From Entomortierella parvispora E1425 (taxonomy: Eukaryota; Fungi; Mortierellomycota): a stretch of DNA of 64,000 nt. The position numbers were made by a program, and so were the translations under genes. The notes under the pieces are model-generated. The model saw nothing but the letters and a program-made list of their open reading frames with translations, was not told the DNA's origin and searched no databases. The stretch covers positions 496,001 to 560,000 of the forward strand of contig BQFW01000007.1 of assembly GCA_020891255.1 (NCBI GenBank), written 5' to 3'. Below, one piece after another: positions 12,001 to 25,104 of the stretch. Position 1 is the first letter of the stretch. Every line of letters starts with the position of its first letter.

Positions 12001-13412
12001 CACCAATGAAAATACCGACGCCATCTGCTAAAACGTTTGTTCCTGCTTGGAAACGCTTTTCATCCCCCTCGCCTACTGGCAACAATTCCCAGCCATTTGT
12101 TCAATCTCAGAACCAACGGCCTCTCCATCAACATCCTGGACTGCAGCACCAAAATCGCTCTGCAAAGCCGCTTTATACCTTTGATCAATTAGTCCAGGAC
12201 CCATTACTGCTCTTCAAAGTCGACCCACGCGTGGGCAGGACCCCGACCATCTTTCGACTCTTTATCCAGATTCTGGGAGCGGTCATGGTTGGCTCGCGAC
12301 ATTACTTTCGGAAACATTTCCAAGCATCACAGGCTATTCTCCAGAGTCATCAGAGTCGGAACCCCTTTCAAAGTCACCACCATCACTCAATCCAAAAGAA
12401 CCGACAATTCAAGGATGCAAATCTAACAGCATTGCTTCACACTCAAGATGTGACCTTGATTCAATTCCTGCTTGAAATCTGTCAAGCGCGACCTGAGGAT
12501 TTGGAGCAATTAGAGTCAGAGCCAATGATGCCGTCATCGCATCGTCGACTCTCAAAAGACAGCGGCGACCGCCTTGCAGAGGACCGAGGATCATTGGCTG
12601 ATCGCAGGAACTCAATTCTTAGTCAAGGAGTTGGCTCTGCGAGTGCAATCACACCCGCGGACAAGGAAGGTGTCAATGAAGTACTGAAGGAGATTCGGGT
12701 GGTAACGTTCAACTTTTTACACCAGCTGTTTATCGACCACACAATCTATTCAAAGCTGATTCATTTCGAGGGATACTCAATGGATTTAATTCCGAGCGTA
12801 GTTTCAGGAGTGGATTCGATCCATGTCTGCTTTGATTTCCTACCAGAGCTTCTCATCTCGAATCCAGTAGTCGCTGTGGCAGGTGGTGGAAATGCGACAC
12901 CCATGGTTTCTGGGCCAGCCGCAGGAGGGGATGCAACCTCTGGTGTGTCTTCGGCGGCAGCGACAATAGCATCGACAGTATTGGGTGGAGGACTTGACAG
13001 TTTGGGAGCTAGTGAGACGGCGGCGCAACTATTCTCACTCCGTTTTGCTGCACAGCTCTGCGAGCGATACCCATTACCACACACTCTGAAGATCACAATG
13101 GACTACATTTTGCCGAGACTACGAACAATGGCGATCAGATCTGGATTTGCAAAGGAGGTTCTTGAAAGCGCCAGAGTCCTCGCGCGAGCATTCCCCCACT
13201 TGAGTTCTGACATTATCCAGATCTTGCAAGGTAAAAAGGAGAGCGACTGGCACCATCACTATTTCTTTTTCTCACAGTCCTCTGACACGCGCTTCTCTTT
13301 CATAAATATAGAAACGAGTGGACTGAAGGATCAAGCAGAGCTTCAACGAACGGTCGAGGCCATTGAGCTGGACATGGAGGATGCAGCAGTGTGGGACAAG
13401 AGCGTACTTTGA
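9065..13412 (+). CDS. INTS2: Integrator complex subunit 2, multi-exon
   Basis: Segments resembling animal INTS2: LVALVANCPSEFSPTV, LLRLCKL...NVRQRLVDRKQLPNLALELTIEH, AKALLVLYMLLNND, and FNFLHQLFIDHTIYSKLIHFEGYSMDLIPSVVSGVDSIHVCFDFLPELL. Includes a probable GC-AG intron at 11244-11331. Confidence 0.85.
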
Positions 13413-14629
13413 ACCACAAAAAATATAATAAACGAAGATGTTCCGAAAAGAGCATTATAATCGAGTGTAAGCCGTATCCTTATTTTGGTAGTTGCAAAGT
13501 ACCTCGAGGCATGGTACTGCATATCCCCCACATTATCTGCATTCCTATCAATTTTCTAACCTCTTTATCTAATATTTGCGAGACTGATGATTGAGTATCC
13601 TCAATCATGTTGAGATACTTTGTTTGGAGCGACGAGTCCAAGGATCTGGAGGGATTGAAGGGAGACAAGGCGGTCTGGCCTTTTTTGCAATCGGCCGGAA
13701 TCAAATTACACGCTCGAAAACGCAGAGATACTACCGCGATTGAATGTGGCCCCGCGACGCCTTGTATCTTGTTCTTCAGTGTCGAGATGGACTCCATCAG
13801 AAATTGCTTTCGGCGTTGCCAATGACAGGACCTTTCCTCCGTTTCCTTTCTCTTTTCATCGGAGCCGCGGATATAGGTTGTTGACGTGTTGTGAGTGAAA
13901 CTGGAAGATGATGAAGAAGAAAAAATAACATAAGTGAATGGAGTTTCTTTCATGTGCATCCAATATAGATGCCCGTAGTGTCCACCCGAGCTGTTAACAT
14001 GAACAGAGGAGGAAGGTGCCTTGTGGACTGGACAAGGTTCGAACGAAACAAAAGATACCCAATGTCTTTTGTTCCAATATTCGCATATATTTCTTTGCAG
14101 TAGCCTCTCTTTTCTCCGAAAGCAAAGGGCAGGCAATGACAAAGGAATAGAGAATGCGGGTGTTTGTTCGGAGAGTGCAGCTTATCAATGACCCACGATC
14201 AATTGTGGACCGTGCCAAGTCAAAGACCACGTCCCCGACCTTGCTTGAGAGTTGCAACAAGAATTTGGAATAAAATTAGTCAAAGGAAAAAAAAAATCAC
14301 GTGCGATGCCACGAGAGACACATCATCATCTCGCCTGTTTCTCTTCCGTCTCCTTTGTCATCATCCCCGCATCCACCCATCCTAGTCATCTTTCATCTGG
14401 CCTTCTCTCCCTTGCTCCTTCTCTCCCTTCCTTCTCCGCCTTTGCCTTTGTTTCCTTTGCTTGTTCCCTTCTCCCCAATCCTCATCTCGAAAAAAGGGAG
14501 CGAGAGCGGTGTTTTCAATTCCTTGGTCTCGTCATCATTCCTCTCTCCTCCACAGTCCATTAAATCAATCATCATCCTTTCATCCACCTCCACCTTCAAT
14601 CTGTCCCCCCTCTCAACTTCACGCCCAGC

Positions 14630-17600
14630 ATGATGACTACGGAGGGCAAAATGGTCCTGTCGCTCGTTGGCAGGATCATTGCAAGGGTATGGACAACCTC
14701 TCATATTTAATTTCCCCCCTTCCCTTCCACCCACACATCTCGTGGGAGACAGTTGTGCATGTGTCCCCTCAGCCGTCTACTCATGCATCCTCTGGACAGT
14801 GTAGATTTAACAGAGGTCATGTCTTTGTTTGTTTGTCTATTGTCCACCTTAGTTACCCTACAATGGTCGCTCCCTCGAAAGCATAGAGATGGACCCGCTC
14901 ATTCAGCAGTCGATCGTCTCGCTGGTCGAACTGTCGCGCTACCGCCTCGGTTTGATCTGCCACCATCTCGTCAACCAGCTCGAGAACATCTCAAAGGTAC
15001 ACACAGACGCATGCACTCTTCAGCCATCTTATGCACTGCTCTCTAAAGCCCAGAGGAATAGAGCAAACAATACAGCACCAGGACATGAAGAGGAGCAGGG
15101 CAAGAGCAGAGGACAAGGACAGGGACAGGACAGGACAGATGAGCACATGAACAACGGGATGGGATAAGATGGGTTGTCCCGAGAGCATCTGCAAAAAAGC
15201 ACGGGTGATGAGCCCTAGATGGACAGACAAGACTAAATGGGCTGCGAGAGCAGAAGCTACGTCCTTTTGTTTCTCCCCGCCGTTTGCCATTGGATTCGAT
15301 GGATACAAGCGTACCGAGGTCTTGTCCAAGAGAGGGAAAGTGCCCTTTTAACCTCATGGGCGCAAAATATTCGACCGGGACAGTTTACGCGGTTGCAAGG
15401 ACAATGAAAAAAGATGATGCACCCTTGTTTGGAGTACAAAAACATAATACAGGGCAACGGCATGGAGCACAACAACCCGTGGGAGTGCCTCGTGGTCTGT
15501 CAAAAAGAGCCTTGCGTAGGATCTAACCGTTCTTGTTACTTCTCTCTTGATTTGATTATCTACACATATCTACAACCTTAGCAAGCAGGCATGGTCTTGG
15601 AAGAAGTCGTGCCGTACGATGTTATGCAGTCTCAGCTTTTCGTACTTAGGATTTTGTCACAGTGCATGGAGGCTCACTGGAAGGCCTACAGAGATCAACT
15701 GACGCAACATCTACGCGAAAACACTGAGCATGGTTCTGAGAGTGGCAGCACTTTGCGCGATGGTGCGTCAACAAATGGATCCATGGCAGACACTGCAGTT
15801 TCATCTATTGCAGCGGCAGCGGCAGCGCGTCAGAGCGACCCACCACCATTGGAGGACGCCCTTGCAAAGTACGTTCTTAGCGTCCTTTCTCGATTCCTGA
15901 ATGAAGGAACACACGACAGCGACCAAGCGGCGCTTGCAGATCCTACTCCAAGTCCCAGTACGAATAGTAGCAGCAGTAGCAGCAAAAAGAAGACCGACAC
16001 GGATAGTGTGCCCATTACAACCACGCACAACACCGTTGCCGTTCAGGACCCAGAACTGTCCAATGAAATCTACAAGACCGCTGGCCGGATTCTCTTTTAT
16101 ATTAGTGCCTCCAATTGGCCCATCGTCTTTGCCCGTCTTAAGGCCAGAATCCAGCATCTATCCACCACCAATGATGACTGGCCCGAGACCGCAGAGCTCA
16201 AGCTTTTAGAAACGGCGAGTTTGAACCAACGCCGTCTTGGTCAGGTCCTGACAGGTAATACATGCACAGTCTGTATTTTATTATACTGGATGTAAGTCGG
16301 CTTCTGACCTTCTTAATTTATTCTTGTAGAACTGCGGTCCACATTTCTTCATCTTAAGCGCTCTGCCCAGACGGTCATGGCACAGGTTCTTCATAAGGCC
16401 ATCTGGAACTGGATCGAGGTTTTCCCCTCCGAGTTCGTGCATCTCTGCCAGACTCAGAAGAGGATGGAGGGTGAACCACATATCCTTTTCGACATTTGCC
16501 ATTCACTTGCCACAGACAACAAGCGCCGCGTCTACTTCTGGCCATTGCAGACGATGCTCCTTATTCTATGCCCAGATATCCTGTTGAACGCCGCCATGAA
16601 TGACTCCCGTAACAATATGTCCAAGAAGGCCCAGTTCCTGGAAGGTCTTAAAAAGTCATTGAGGAATAAGAGTCTCATGGAGATTGCTGGTCGCTGTTAT
16701 GTGGATATCTGCAAAGCATCGACCTATGTCTCCAAGAATGATACCTCGGCACTCCGACATATTGTCCCTGAAATCGAAAACGAGCTAAAGGTATGGATAT
16801 ATTTAGCGGAGTGATGGCATCGGAGCTAAGCAGACCCTAACCCGTGTCGTCCCGACCCATTTTTTAGGAACTGTTATTCACACCCGAGCGCCCCTATGTG
16901 GACAGCGAAGGCACTGTCGACAAGGCGACGATGGCTAGTTGCTTGACTGCTTTCTATCGGTTGAATCCTCGTCACGTTATCCACTCTCTGATTCCAGAAT
17001 GTGCGGGTGAAAAGGCACCCATCTCGTTCAAGCTTGTTCTTGTTATGTCCTTTTATACCATTGCCTCTGAGGAAGATCGCCTTCCATGGAATCCCACGAT
17101 TCAGCCTGCAGCATCCGCACTGGGTGGGCCTCTTCGGAGGTTCTTTGCTGAAAGTGTCGTGAGAGAAAGGGCTCAAGATATCCTGAACAAAAAACTTCAG
17201 GTCGACAGAAAGTTGAAGAAGATCATGGTGGACAATGCCAAAGACAAGCAGGAGTTGATCATCTATCTTTTGAAGATGTATCAGATTGACCCTGCCCTCG
17301 CAGTTGCTGTAAGTCAGCTCTAAGTTGCAATGGTACTCTCCACGAATTGCTCTTACCTTGCTAATATTCTACCACGATTGATTAACCTTGTAGACGGAGG
17401 CACCAGAAGCTGTAGAAGAGGAAATCCACCAGCTCTTGAAGGGTCTCCTTCAATGCCTGAATGATGTTCATATGGGGATTCGCACCACAGCCGGTGAGGT
17501 TCTCCTCCAGCTTTTCGACTCTCGAATCATTGAGCGTTGGGGTTCAGGAGCAAACCTCATGGTGACTTTCTGGAACTTAAGTTCGGATGTTATCATTTCG

Positions 17601-20600
17601 ATCGCACGCCAGTTGATGGAGCTCAAATGCACCGATGAGAAGGCGCGATTCTTGTTGGAGCTGCTCCAACAGCTCATGTCGAGGCGAAACATCTTCTTGA
17701 AGGACCACCAGGTAAGATTTAATTTCAAAGAGACCATTGTTTTCTCTCGTTCATGGCTAACCCAGTACTGTGTTATAGGACCTGGCCATCGCATGTCACG
17801 ATATTCCAAAGCGATTCGCCACCAGTGTAGCGCTGGAGATTGCGCTGTTGATCCTCATTTGTGCCCCAGACCAGGATATCTGCACAATGGCTGTCAATTG
17901 TATCAGTCTGCTTTGTGAGGAAACAGTAATCACGCAAGAGGTCGTAAATCCAAATGTTGGACAACTTTCTCTGCTGGAGAACATCGACGTGTATATGGAG
18001 CTTTCGGCCCCCAGCGCGGTCGTTGCAGGTAAAGAGGAGATCCTGCACGATACCATTTTCTGAAAAAGAGTTGTTACTGTACAGATGCTAATCAAATTTT
18101 GTTATTTCTCATCGCAGGGCGAATCTCTCAACAAAAACGACTTAGGAGAATCATTCGACAGATTTCACAACCTACTCCCGGAAACTTGGGCGCTTGGGAG
18201 GAAGCCTATCGTCGCTGGAGGAACATTACAGTGTTTTGGACGAAGGATGAAATGGCCTTTTACGACTCTATGGAGCCACTGGAAAAGAACAGAAACGCCA
18301 AGAGGTCGACTGCCCTTCCTCCTCCACCAAAGGGTGGCTTTGTGATTGACCTTTCGGATTCACGGAATATGGAGTGGCAAAATTTTACAGGATTTTTGGC
18401 TGCTCTCGCTGGAGCCTCACTGCCATCCAATGTCGTGCCTCGAACAAGTCCCCCTGGCGAGAACTTCCGTCGATCATCAGTAAACGAGACTAAGGCGGCG
18501 CAAGCAAACGTAGAGCGGTATATGCTGGACATGGTGCAGCTGCTTGTTAACGAGCAAATCTTTGTCCGAGATGTGGTGAAGCAGACTCTGGGTTCTGAGC
18601 TCTCTCCAGCGCTCTATCCAGTTCTGTTCAAGCAGCTGATGTTTGTGGTGGCGCGATTCTTTGACGGCCACGGCGAGCCCGTGTGCACGGATCAGTACAC
18701 CATGTTTGTGGACCAAGCCATTTCTGTTCTCAAGCTTGTTTTGGACCGTATGTCGACGCCTGCAGATTCCATTTTCTCCGTGGATTTCGGTGCTCTGGTG
18801 CTTTACTTTGCACGTTATCTCCACCGCCTCGGCCACAGTCTTAATGGACTTCGTGTCAAGATCAAAATGTGTCAGCTTTGCGAGACACTCATGCTCAAGA
18901 AGGAGTACATCAGTCTTCGGCAGGAGATTCGTCTCCGAAACAAGATGGTCGAGGTCATGATTGAGTGGACCTCTGACTTCTCACTGGTATGTGATACACA
19001 AACGTTGCCGACTAAATTGGACCTGGCTTCAAGAGATATTCTAACTGGTCGAATCTTTTAATTGATAGCCAACGGAGATGCCATCTTATGTGGAGGAGAA
19101 GGAGGACACCACAAACAACGGTCGTCTGTACCGGGATCTGGATCTCGCCTGCATGAAGTCAATCGTCACTCTTCTATACCAGCTTCCATTGCAACCATAC
19201 GAGACGACCCATGACACCGACATGACCCAGATCAGATCAGCCATCTTTTATCGATACTTCAACTTCTTCTTGAAGCTGTTGAACCGATGCCGTGTCCTCG
19301 AATACATCGAGTCTGGTCCATCATATCACAGGCAAAATAATGAGGACCTTGCCCTTTTGTTTGCGAAGGTAAGAGTTCGACCTTATCATCCTTTATTTTA
19401 ATGCAATTGCGATGTAATGACCTCTGACTTCGATTCTTTATTATTCTGTTTAGTCAAAGGCCATTGTCCGCGACCTTGGACCTCTCAAAGATTATACCAT
19501 TAAGGCATTGTCCAATATGCTTAGCGCTAACATCGAAACTGGACTCAAGTACTCACTTTCTATGGGATACCATGAGGATGACAGGACAAGGACGGCCTTC
19601 ATGCAGGTGCTCACCAACATTTTGAAACAGGGAACCGAGTTCGCTGTGCTCTCAGAGAGTGCCATGGAGGATCGCTATGAGAAGTTGATTGATCTCATTG
19701 CCTCACCTGACCTTACCCTGGTGCTCTCACTCTGTCAAGTGTGCCCAGTCAGCGAGATTGATGATTTGGCGATTGTGTTGCTGCATGTATTTGAGAGTCG
19801 TGGCCTTGCAATGCCTCTTCTCAAGGCCATTATCATGAAGGAGGTCAGAGAAACAGGCAAGTCATCAGGACCTATCGCTTTTATACAGCTATTGGCATTG
19901 ACTGCGCAGTATACTAAACTTCAAAACTGAACTTTTGCTATTAGGCGAATCCGAATTGTTTCGCAGAAACTGTATGGCCACCCGTTTGCTGACAGTCTTT
20001 GCTAAGCTTAAAGGAGGAGATTATCTCAAGAGCACCCTACAGCCTCTTTTGAACGCTCTGATGGTCCTTCCGTCTCAAGGCTCATACGAACTTGATCCCA
20101 CCCGCCTGGGACCCGATGAGGACGTCAATGTTAACTTTGAGAACTTGAAGAACATGGCACAGGTCTTTTTGGATAAGATCACCGACTCTGCATCAAATGT
20201 GCCCAGTTCCTTCAGGGAGGTCTGCTGGTACCTTTCTCAAGCTGTGGGCGACCGCTTCCCAGATGCAAAGTTCACAGCTGTGGGTGGATTCATCTTTTTG
20301 CGTTTCCTCTGCCCAGCCATTGTGGCACCCGAGTCTGATGGCCTGTTGCAGGGTCCTATTGAGAACACAAAGGTTCGTCGTGGCCTCCTGTTGATCACCA
20401 AGGTTATCCAAAACCTCGGAAACAACGTCCTTTTCGGAGCCAAGGAGCCATTCATGATTGTTCTCAACGACTTTTTGGCCGCCAATATCCACAAGGTGAC
20501 TCGTTTCCTTATCACGATCAGTACGCCGCAAAAGTTGGAGCCTGCCTCAACAGATCCAGCGCATTACAGAGCCATTGAGGTTGGTGATCGGTCATCACTG

Positions 20601-23600
20601 CACCGCCACTTGGTGCTTAACTTAGAGCGAATGAGCAAGGACTTGACGGTGAAGACCTCTGCGGAACTTGAGGAGGACAAGACATATCTGTCAACCAAAC
20701 GCTCGTTTGATACCCTGTCGACTCTTTTGGCCCAGCTGGGACCACCACCGGAGCGTCATCGCCGCGACGTTGTTCCCGTCACCTCGAACACGGCGCCCAA
20801 CATTCACCAATACCATGAGTTCATGAGAAAGAATCGTGGACGGGCCATAGATGATCTCCTGAAGGATGGCGTCTTTTACGAAGGAGGTCTTTCCAAGGAG
20901 CGTCGCCCAGTCTTTTACTTTGTCATGCGCAAGCTCTCGTTGGACAATGTTGACCTCGAAACAGTGATGTACCGTATCTTTTTGGTAAGTTCTACAGGAA
21001 ATAGCGGGCCAGGGACCCACTTGTTGTTTTCAACTTATTGACACCTACTTTTATTTTATAGTTACTGGAGCCTGTTGCCAACAAGACATTCGACTTGGTA
21101 GTGGATGTAACAGGATTTGGACCTTCGAACGAGATTTCAGATCACAACATCAGCCAGTTCTTGCAGCTGCTGCCTACCGATACGGCGATTGGTCTGTGCA
21201 ACCTGTACTTTGTGAACGTCAACACAGCCTTCCGCCGTTATACCAAGACGCTATCGCGCCAGCTCACCTCCCGCATTGCCAAGAGGATCGTCTTCCCCTC
21301 AGGTTTGCATGAGTTTAACGAGTTCATTGCTCCCTCGGACCTGCGACTTCCAAAGTCTACCACTTCTTTGGAGGCGGATGCCAACATTAGCATTGTTGGT
21401 GTCAACAAGCTGACTCCTGGACAACCACCTGCCCCCGTCTTGTTCAAGATTGGTCACGAAGTTATCCAGATTGTCATGGTGCGTATTACTGACTCTGCCC
21501 GACGACGACATTAGAATAATGAGTGATGAGTGACTAACTGTGTCTACCTTTTCAATTCCCCAATATAGCAAAAGAAGCAGGATATCTTTACTGGAATGAG
21601 CTGCCAGTTCAACGACGTATACCACATCAGCGAGCTGGATGACATCTCCAAGGCTCATAGCAGAGGCGATGACGGAGAGTTTTTCATCATCTACGAGGAC
21701 GGTACTTTGTCCATGACTTTCTCCAGTCCTAAACGCGACCAAATTATTTCGGCGGTCGCAAAGACCAAGCAGCGCTTCTTGGCCTCAAAGCCTGCCAACT
21801 ACAGTGCTCGTGTCATTCGTCCCAATGATGTGCCTGGAACGTTGCTGACTATGGCCATGTTCAACTTGTCGAGCCCTGATTCAGCGCTGCGCCTGGCCTC
21901 TTATAACCTGCTCTGTGCGTTGTCCGACACATTTAAGTTTGACACTGGCAATCAATTACTGAGTGCCAAGGGGCTGTGCATCCCAACCAACAACGCTCCC
22001 TTCATCAGACGTATGAGTGAGATGCTGGCTAGGACAGAGAGTCATTTGACTCTCGAATTCTTGACAGAGTGCTTCGTCGGCTTTCAAAAGACTCCCAAGG
22101 CTTTGAAGCCCCGCTGCTTGGAGTTCGTCTCGCCATGGCTCTCGAATTTGGCCAAATACTGCAGGAGCTCAAGCGACAACCATGCTGGATTCGCAAAGAC
22201 TCGTGAGATCATCAAGGCCCTCATTGACATGACGGTGAACGAGCCCGAAATTTATGGATCCATGCAGGACATTATCTGGAGTCGCGTGGAGGAGATTGAT
22301 GCCCTAGTCGTTCTGGTTTTGGACTTGTTCATCTCAGAATCGATGGATGGAGGCATTGGATCTGTTCAGGCAGAGAAGCTCGGTGATACACTTGTTACTC
22401 TTTCATCCGTTTCCATCAGCGGCAAGGTCATCTCACGTTTGCGCAAGGTCATCTCGAAGACTGGCCTCAAGCCCATGCGTCAATTAACCGATCACTCCTC
22501 TTGGACCGAAATTGGTGTCCTGGTCCGGTTCTGTATGAACTTATCCTTCAACGACACCAAAGATGTGCTCAACTTTTTGCCTGAGGTCTGCCATATCGCC
22601 ACGCTATTGGTAGCTGCAGGTGCATCTGTTGTTCGGTCGGCTGTCCATGGAATGGTCACTAATATTGTCCAGGCATTGGCAACAACAATCCCTGCCAGCG
22701 ATCCTAACCATGCCAAGCTGCTGGATCTCCTCCAGGAGCTGTCTGAGAACAAGTTCAGGATGCTCTTTGGCCTCAGTCGGTCGTACAGCAACTCGTTTGT
22801 CATTTCCCCAGAGACTCTCAAGGACTTTAATGAGCCAATGCCCTTGACTTGGCTCGAGAACATCTGCAAAGCCCTTATGGAGGTCATTGAGCTCGGCTCT
22901 CCCTCCAACGGTATGTTTTTTATATCTTGTCTAGAGTGCCATCGCCTGCTCTTATAAATGTGGACAAATGTTTCTAATATCCCATCAATTCGCCTCATAG
23001 ATGCTGCCAATGCTGCAAGGGCCCGATGGATGGGTCTCGTTACGAGCACTGCATTCCAGTTCAACCCCGCCATCCAGCCTCGCGCGTTTGTCGCTCTTGG
23101 CTGTCTTGCCAGAGAGGAGGTGGACGACGACCTGTTGTACCAAATCCTTGTCGCCCTCCGAGGAGCGCTCGCCATGTTTGTGGAATCGGACTGCAACTTG
23201 ATTGCCAGTATTGTGATGTGCCTGACCAACATTGCAGCCAATCTGCCGGCGGATTCGAGATATCTCCAGCACATGTTCTGGCTCGGATTGTCGATTGTGG
23301 AAATTGGTCATGTGCCCTTGTTCAACTATGCCCTGGAGTTGCTGCAAGTGGTCTTGAAGGTCTTGGATGCTCAAGGATTCTTTGTTCACGAGCCTTTGGA
23401 CGAGGTCTTGTTGAGGGCGCGTATCCCACTTTTGGACGTTACAAAGGAATTGGACGAGTCGATTGGTCTCAACTTTGAGACGCACTTTTCATTCGGTGTT
23501 GCGGGTGCACTTTTGAAGGGACTGAAGCATCCCTCCACCAAGACCATCACAACGGAGGTCTTGCGATCCATTCTTCAGATTGCGGTCAAGGGTACAGCAC

Positions 23601-24302
23601 CCAACATGGTCGATGTGCGTGTGATGGGATACTTGGCAGCCCTTTTGCCTCAAGCGGCTAGGAACATGGAACTTAAGGAGTTGCTGCATATGGTTGGAAT
23701 CACGTCGATTGAGGTTAACAACAACGCGTTGAACGAAACCTACTACAAGATCTTTGACTACCTTGTGATTCCGGACAACACCACTGGCCTGTTGCTTGTC
23801 ACTTTGGTAGTGACCATGCTCCAGAATGCTGAGACAGAATCGGAGAGATTGTTCTTGTATGCATTCCTGGCCGAGGCGGCCGTTGCTCTTCCCGAAGTGT
23901 TTGCTCTTGTGTAAGTTCTTTGTTGATTGATATTTACTAAATGAAATGAACAGGATCTGAACGAAGAATCCGTTACTTACTTTGTTTTCTCTTTCTTTCG
24001 TTTTTGAACACGACAGTTATGAGTCGCTCCTTCCAAAGATGAACCAGATCATCAACAGCTCCCAGATTGTGCCAATCATTGATGCAGTCCAATCCATCAT
24101 CTTTGCAGTCGTAGCGGATCCTGTTCTTAGCGCTGCAGCGGCCAACACCCAGAAGGCAAGCCAGCTGGCGTACTTGACCGAGCTGGGCTTTGCGGGTCTG
24201 ATGGACACTGGTGCACCGGGGTTCAACCCCAGCAATGGACGCCCAACTGTGCACAAGCACGCGCTGTTGGTTAGCGAGCTTGTTGAGCGGATAATTCAGT
24301 AG
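14630..24302 (+). CDS. NF1: Neurofibromin (NF1/Ira-type RasGAP) with GRD, Sec14-PH and HEAT-like regions, multi-exon
   Basis: N-terminus MMTTEGKMVLSLVGRIIAR|LPYNG. Conserved segments WPLQTMLLILCPD, WQNFTGFLAAL, RDLDLACMKSIVTLL and YSLSMGYHED. Arginine finger LFRRN and GAP signature GGFIFLRFLCPAIVAP. Also RVIRPNDVPGTLL and NPAIQPRAFVALGCL. Stop at 24300-24302. Confidence 0.95.
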
Positions 24303-25104
24303 ACGCCATTATTATCGTCATCATCATATATATTCTTGTTTTCGTTTTTTCCCTTTTTTTGTACCGTAAACCATGAAGTTGAAGAAAAAAAAAGACTCTG
24401 TAATAAACGCCTAGAAGGCTCTTGATCTACCTAATGTTGCACAGCACAGGCCGATGCAAAGGAAGCTAACGAAGAGTAGAAGATAACCCCAGGCATGGGT
24501 CACAAGGGGCAAGGTCGCATTCTGACAGACAGACCACCTTTTGGCTGTGCCGATGTGGATTTTGGCAAAGTAAATCATGCCTGCAAGCAGGGCGTCCAAT
24601 CAGTGGGATATGGCAGGGCATATTTTTGCCTCCAGCTTTGCCTTGCATTTTGTGCCCACGCTCATCGTTTCCTTCCGCTCGCTGTTTCTTTTTCGCTTCT
24701 TTCATTCTCTTTGCTTCTTCCACCCTCTCATCTCATTCACCCACCCTTCCTCTCCTTCGACGACTGCACCAGCAACAGCAGCACTGACAACACTAACAAC
24801 AGGACTAGCAACACTGACCGTGGACATAGCAGCAGCAAGCAGAGACAGCAGCAGCAGCAGCCAGCAACCACAACAATAAACAAACAGCACGCACGCCAAC
24901 AAAAACACAGCACTTTCTCACTTTCTGTGCCTTCAGCCACAGAGCAGCGCCATATCTCATTTTTTGCAGCACCATATTCGCGCAGAGGTACTTTTTATTC
25001 TTGCTTTTTGCTCTGAGTGGCTGCAGGATCATCGCTGGTCTCTAACGTGTTGCTACTACTTCTTTTCATCTTTTCATATATCACAACAGGACCCTCACTG
25101 AACC

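Noticed and set aside
13480-14142. 220-aa minus-strand ORF between INTS2 and NF1
   Set aside because: No ATG start (alternative start called by the track), no recognisable motif, and I could not build a consistent spliced model. RNA-seq would settle it.
22492-23274. 260-aa antisense ORF inside NF1 (similarly 51688-52647 in the kinesin gene and 59352-60158 in XPG)
   Set aside because: Typical shadow ORFs opposite real coding exons; no motifs.
24411-24723. Short minus-strand ORFs between NF1 and ZNFX1
   Set aside because: No family resemblance I can support; the region looks like 3' and 5' UTR low-complexity sequence.
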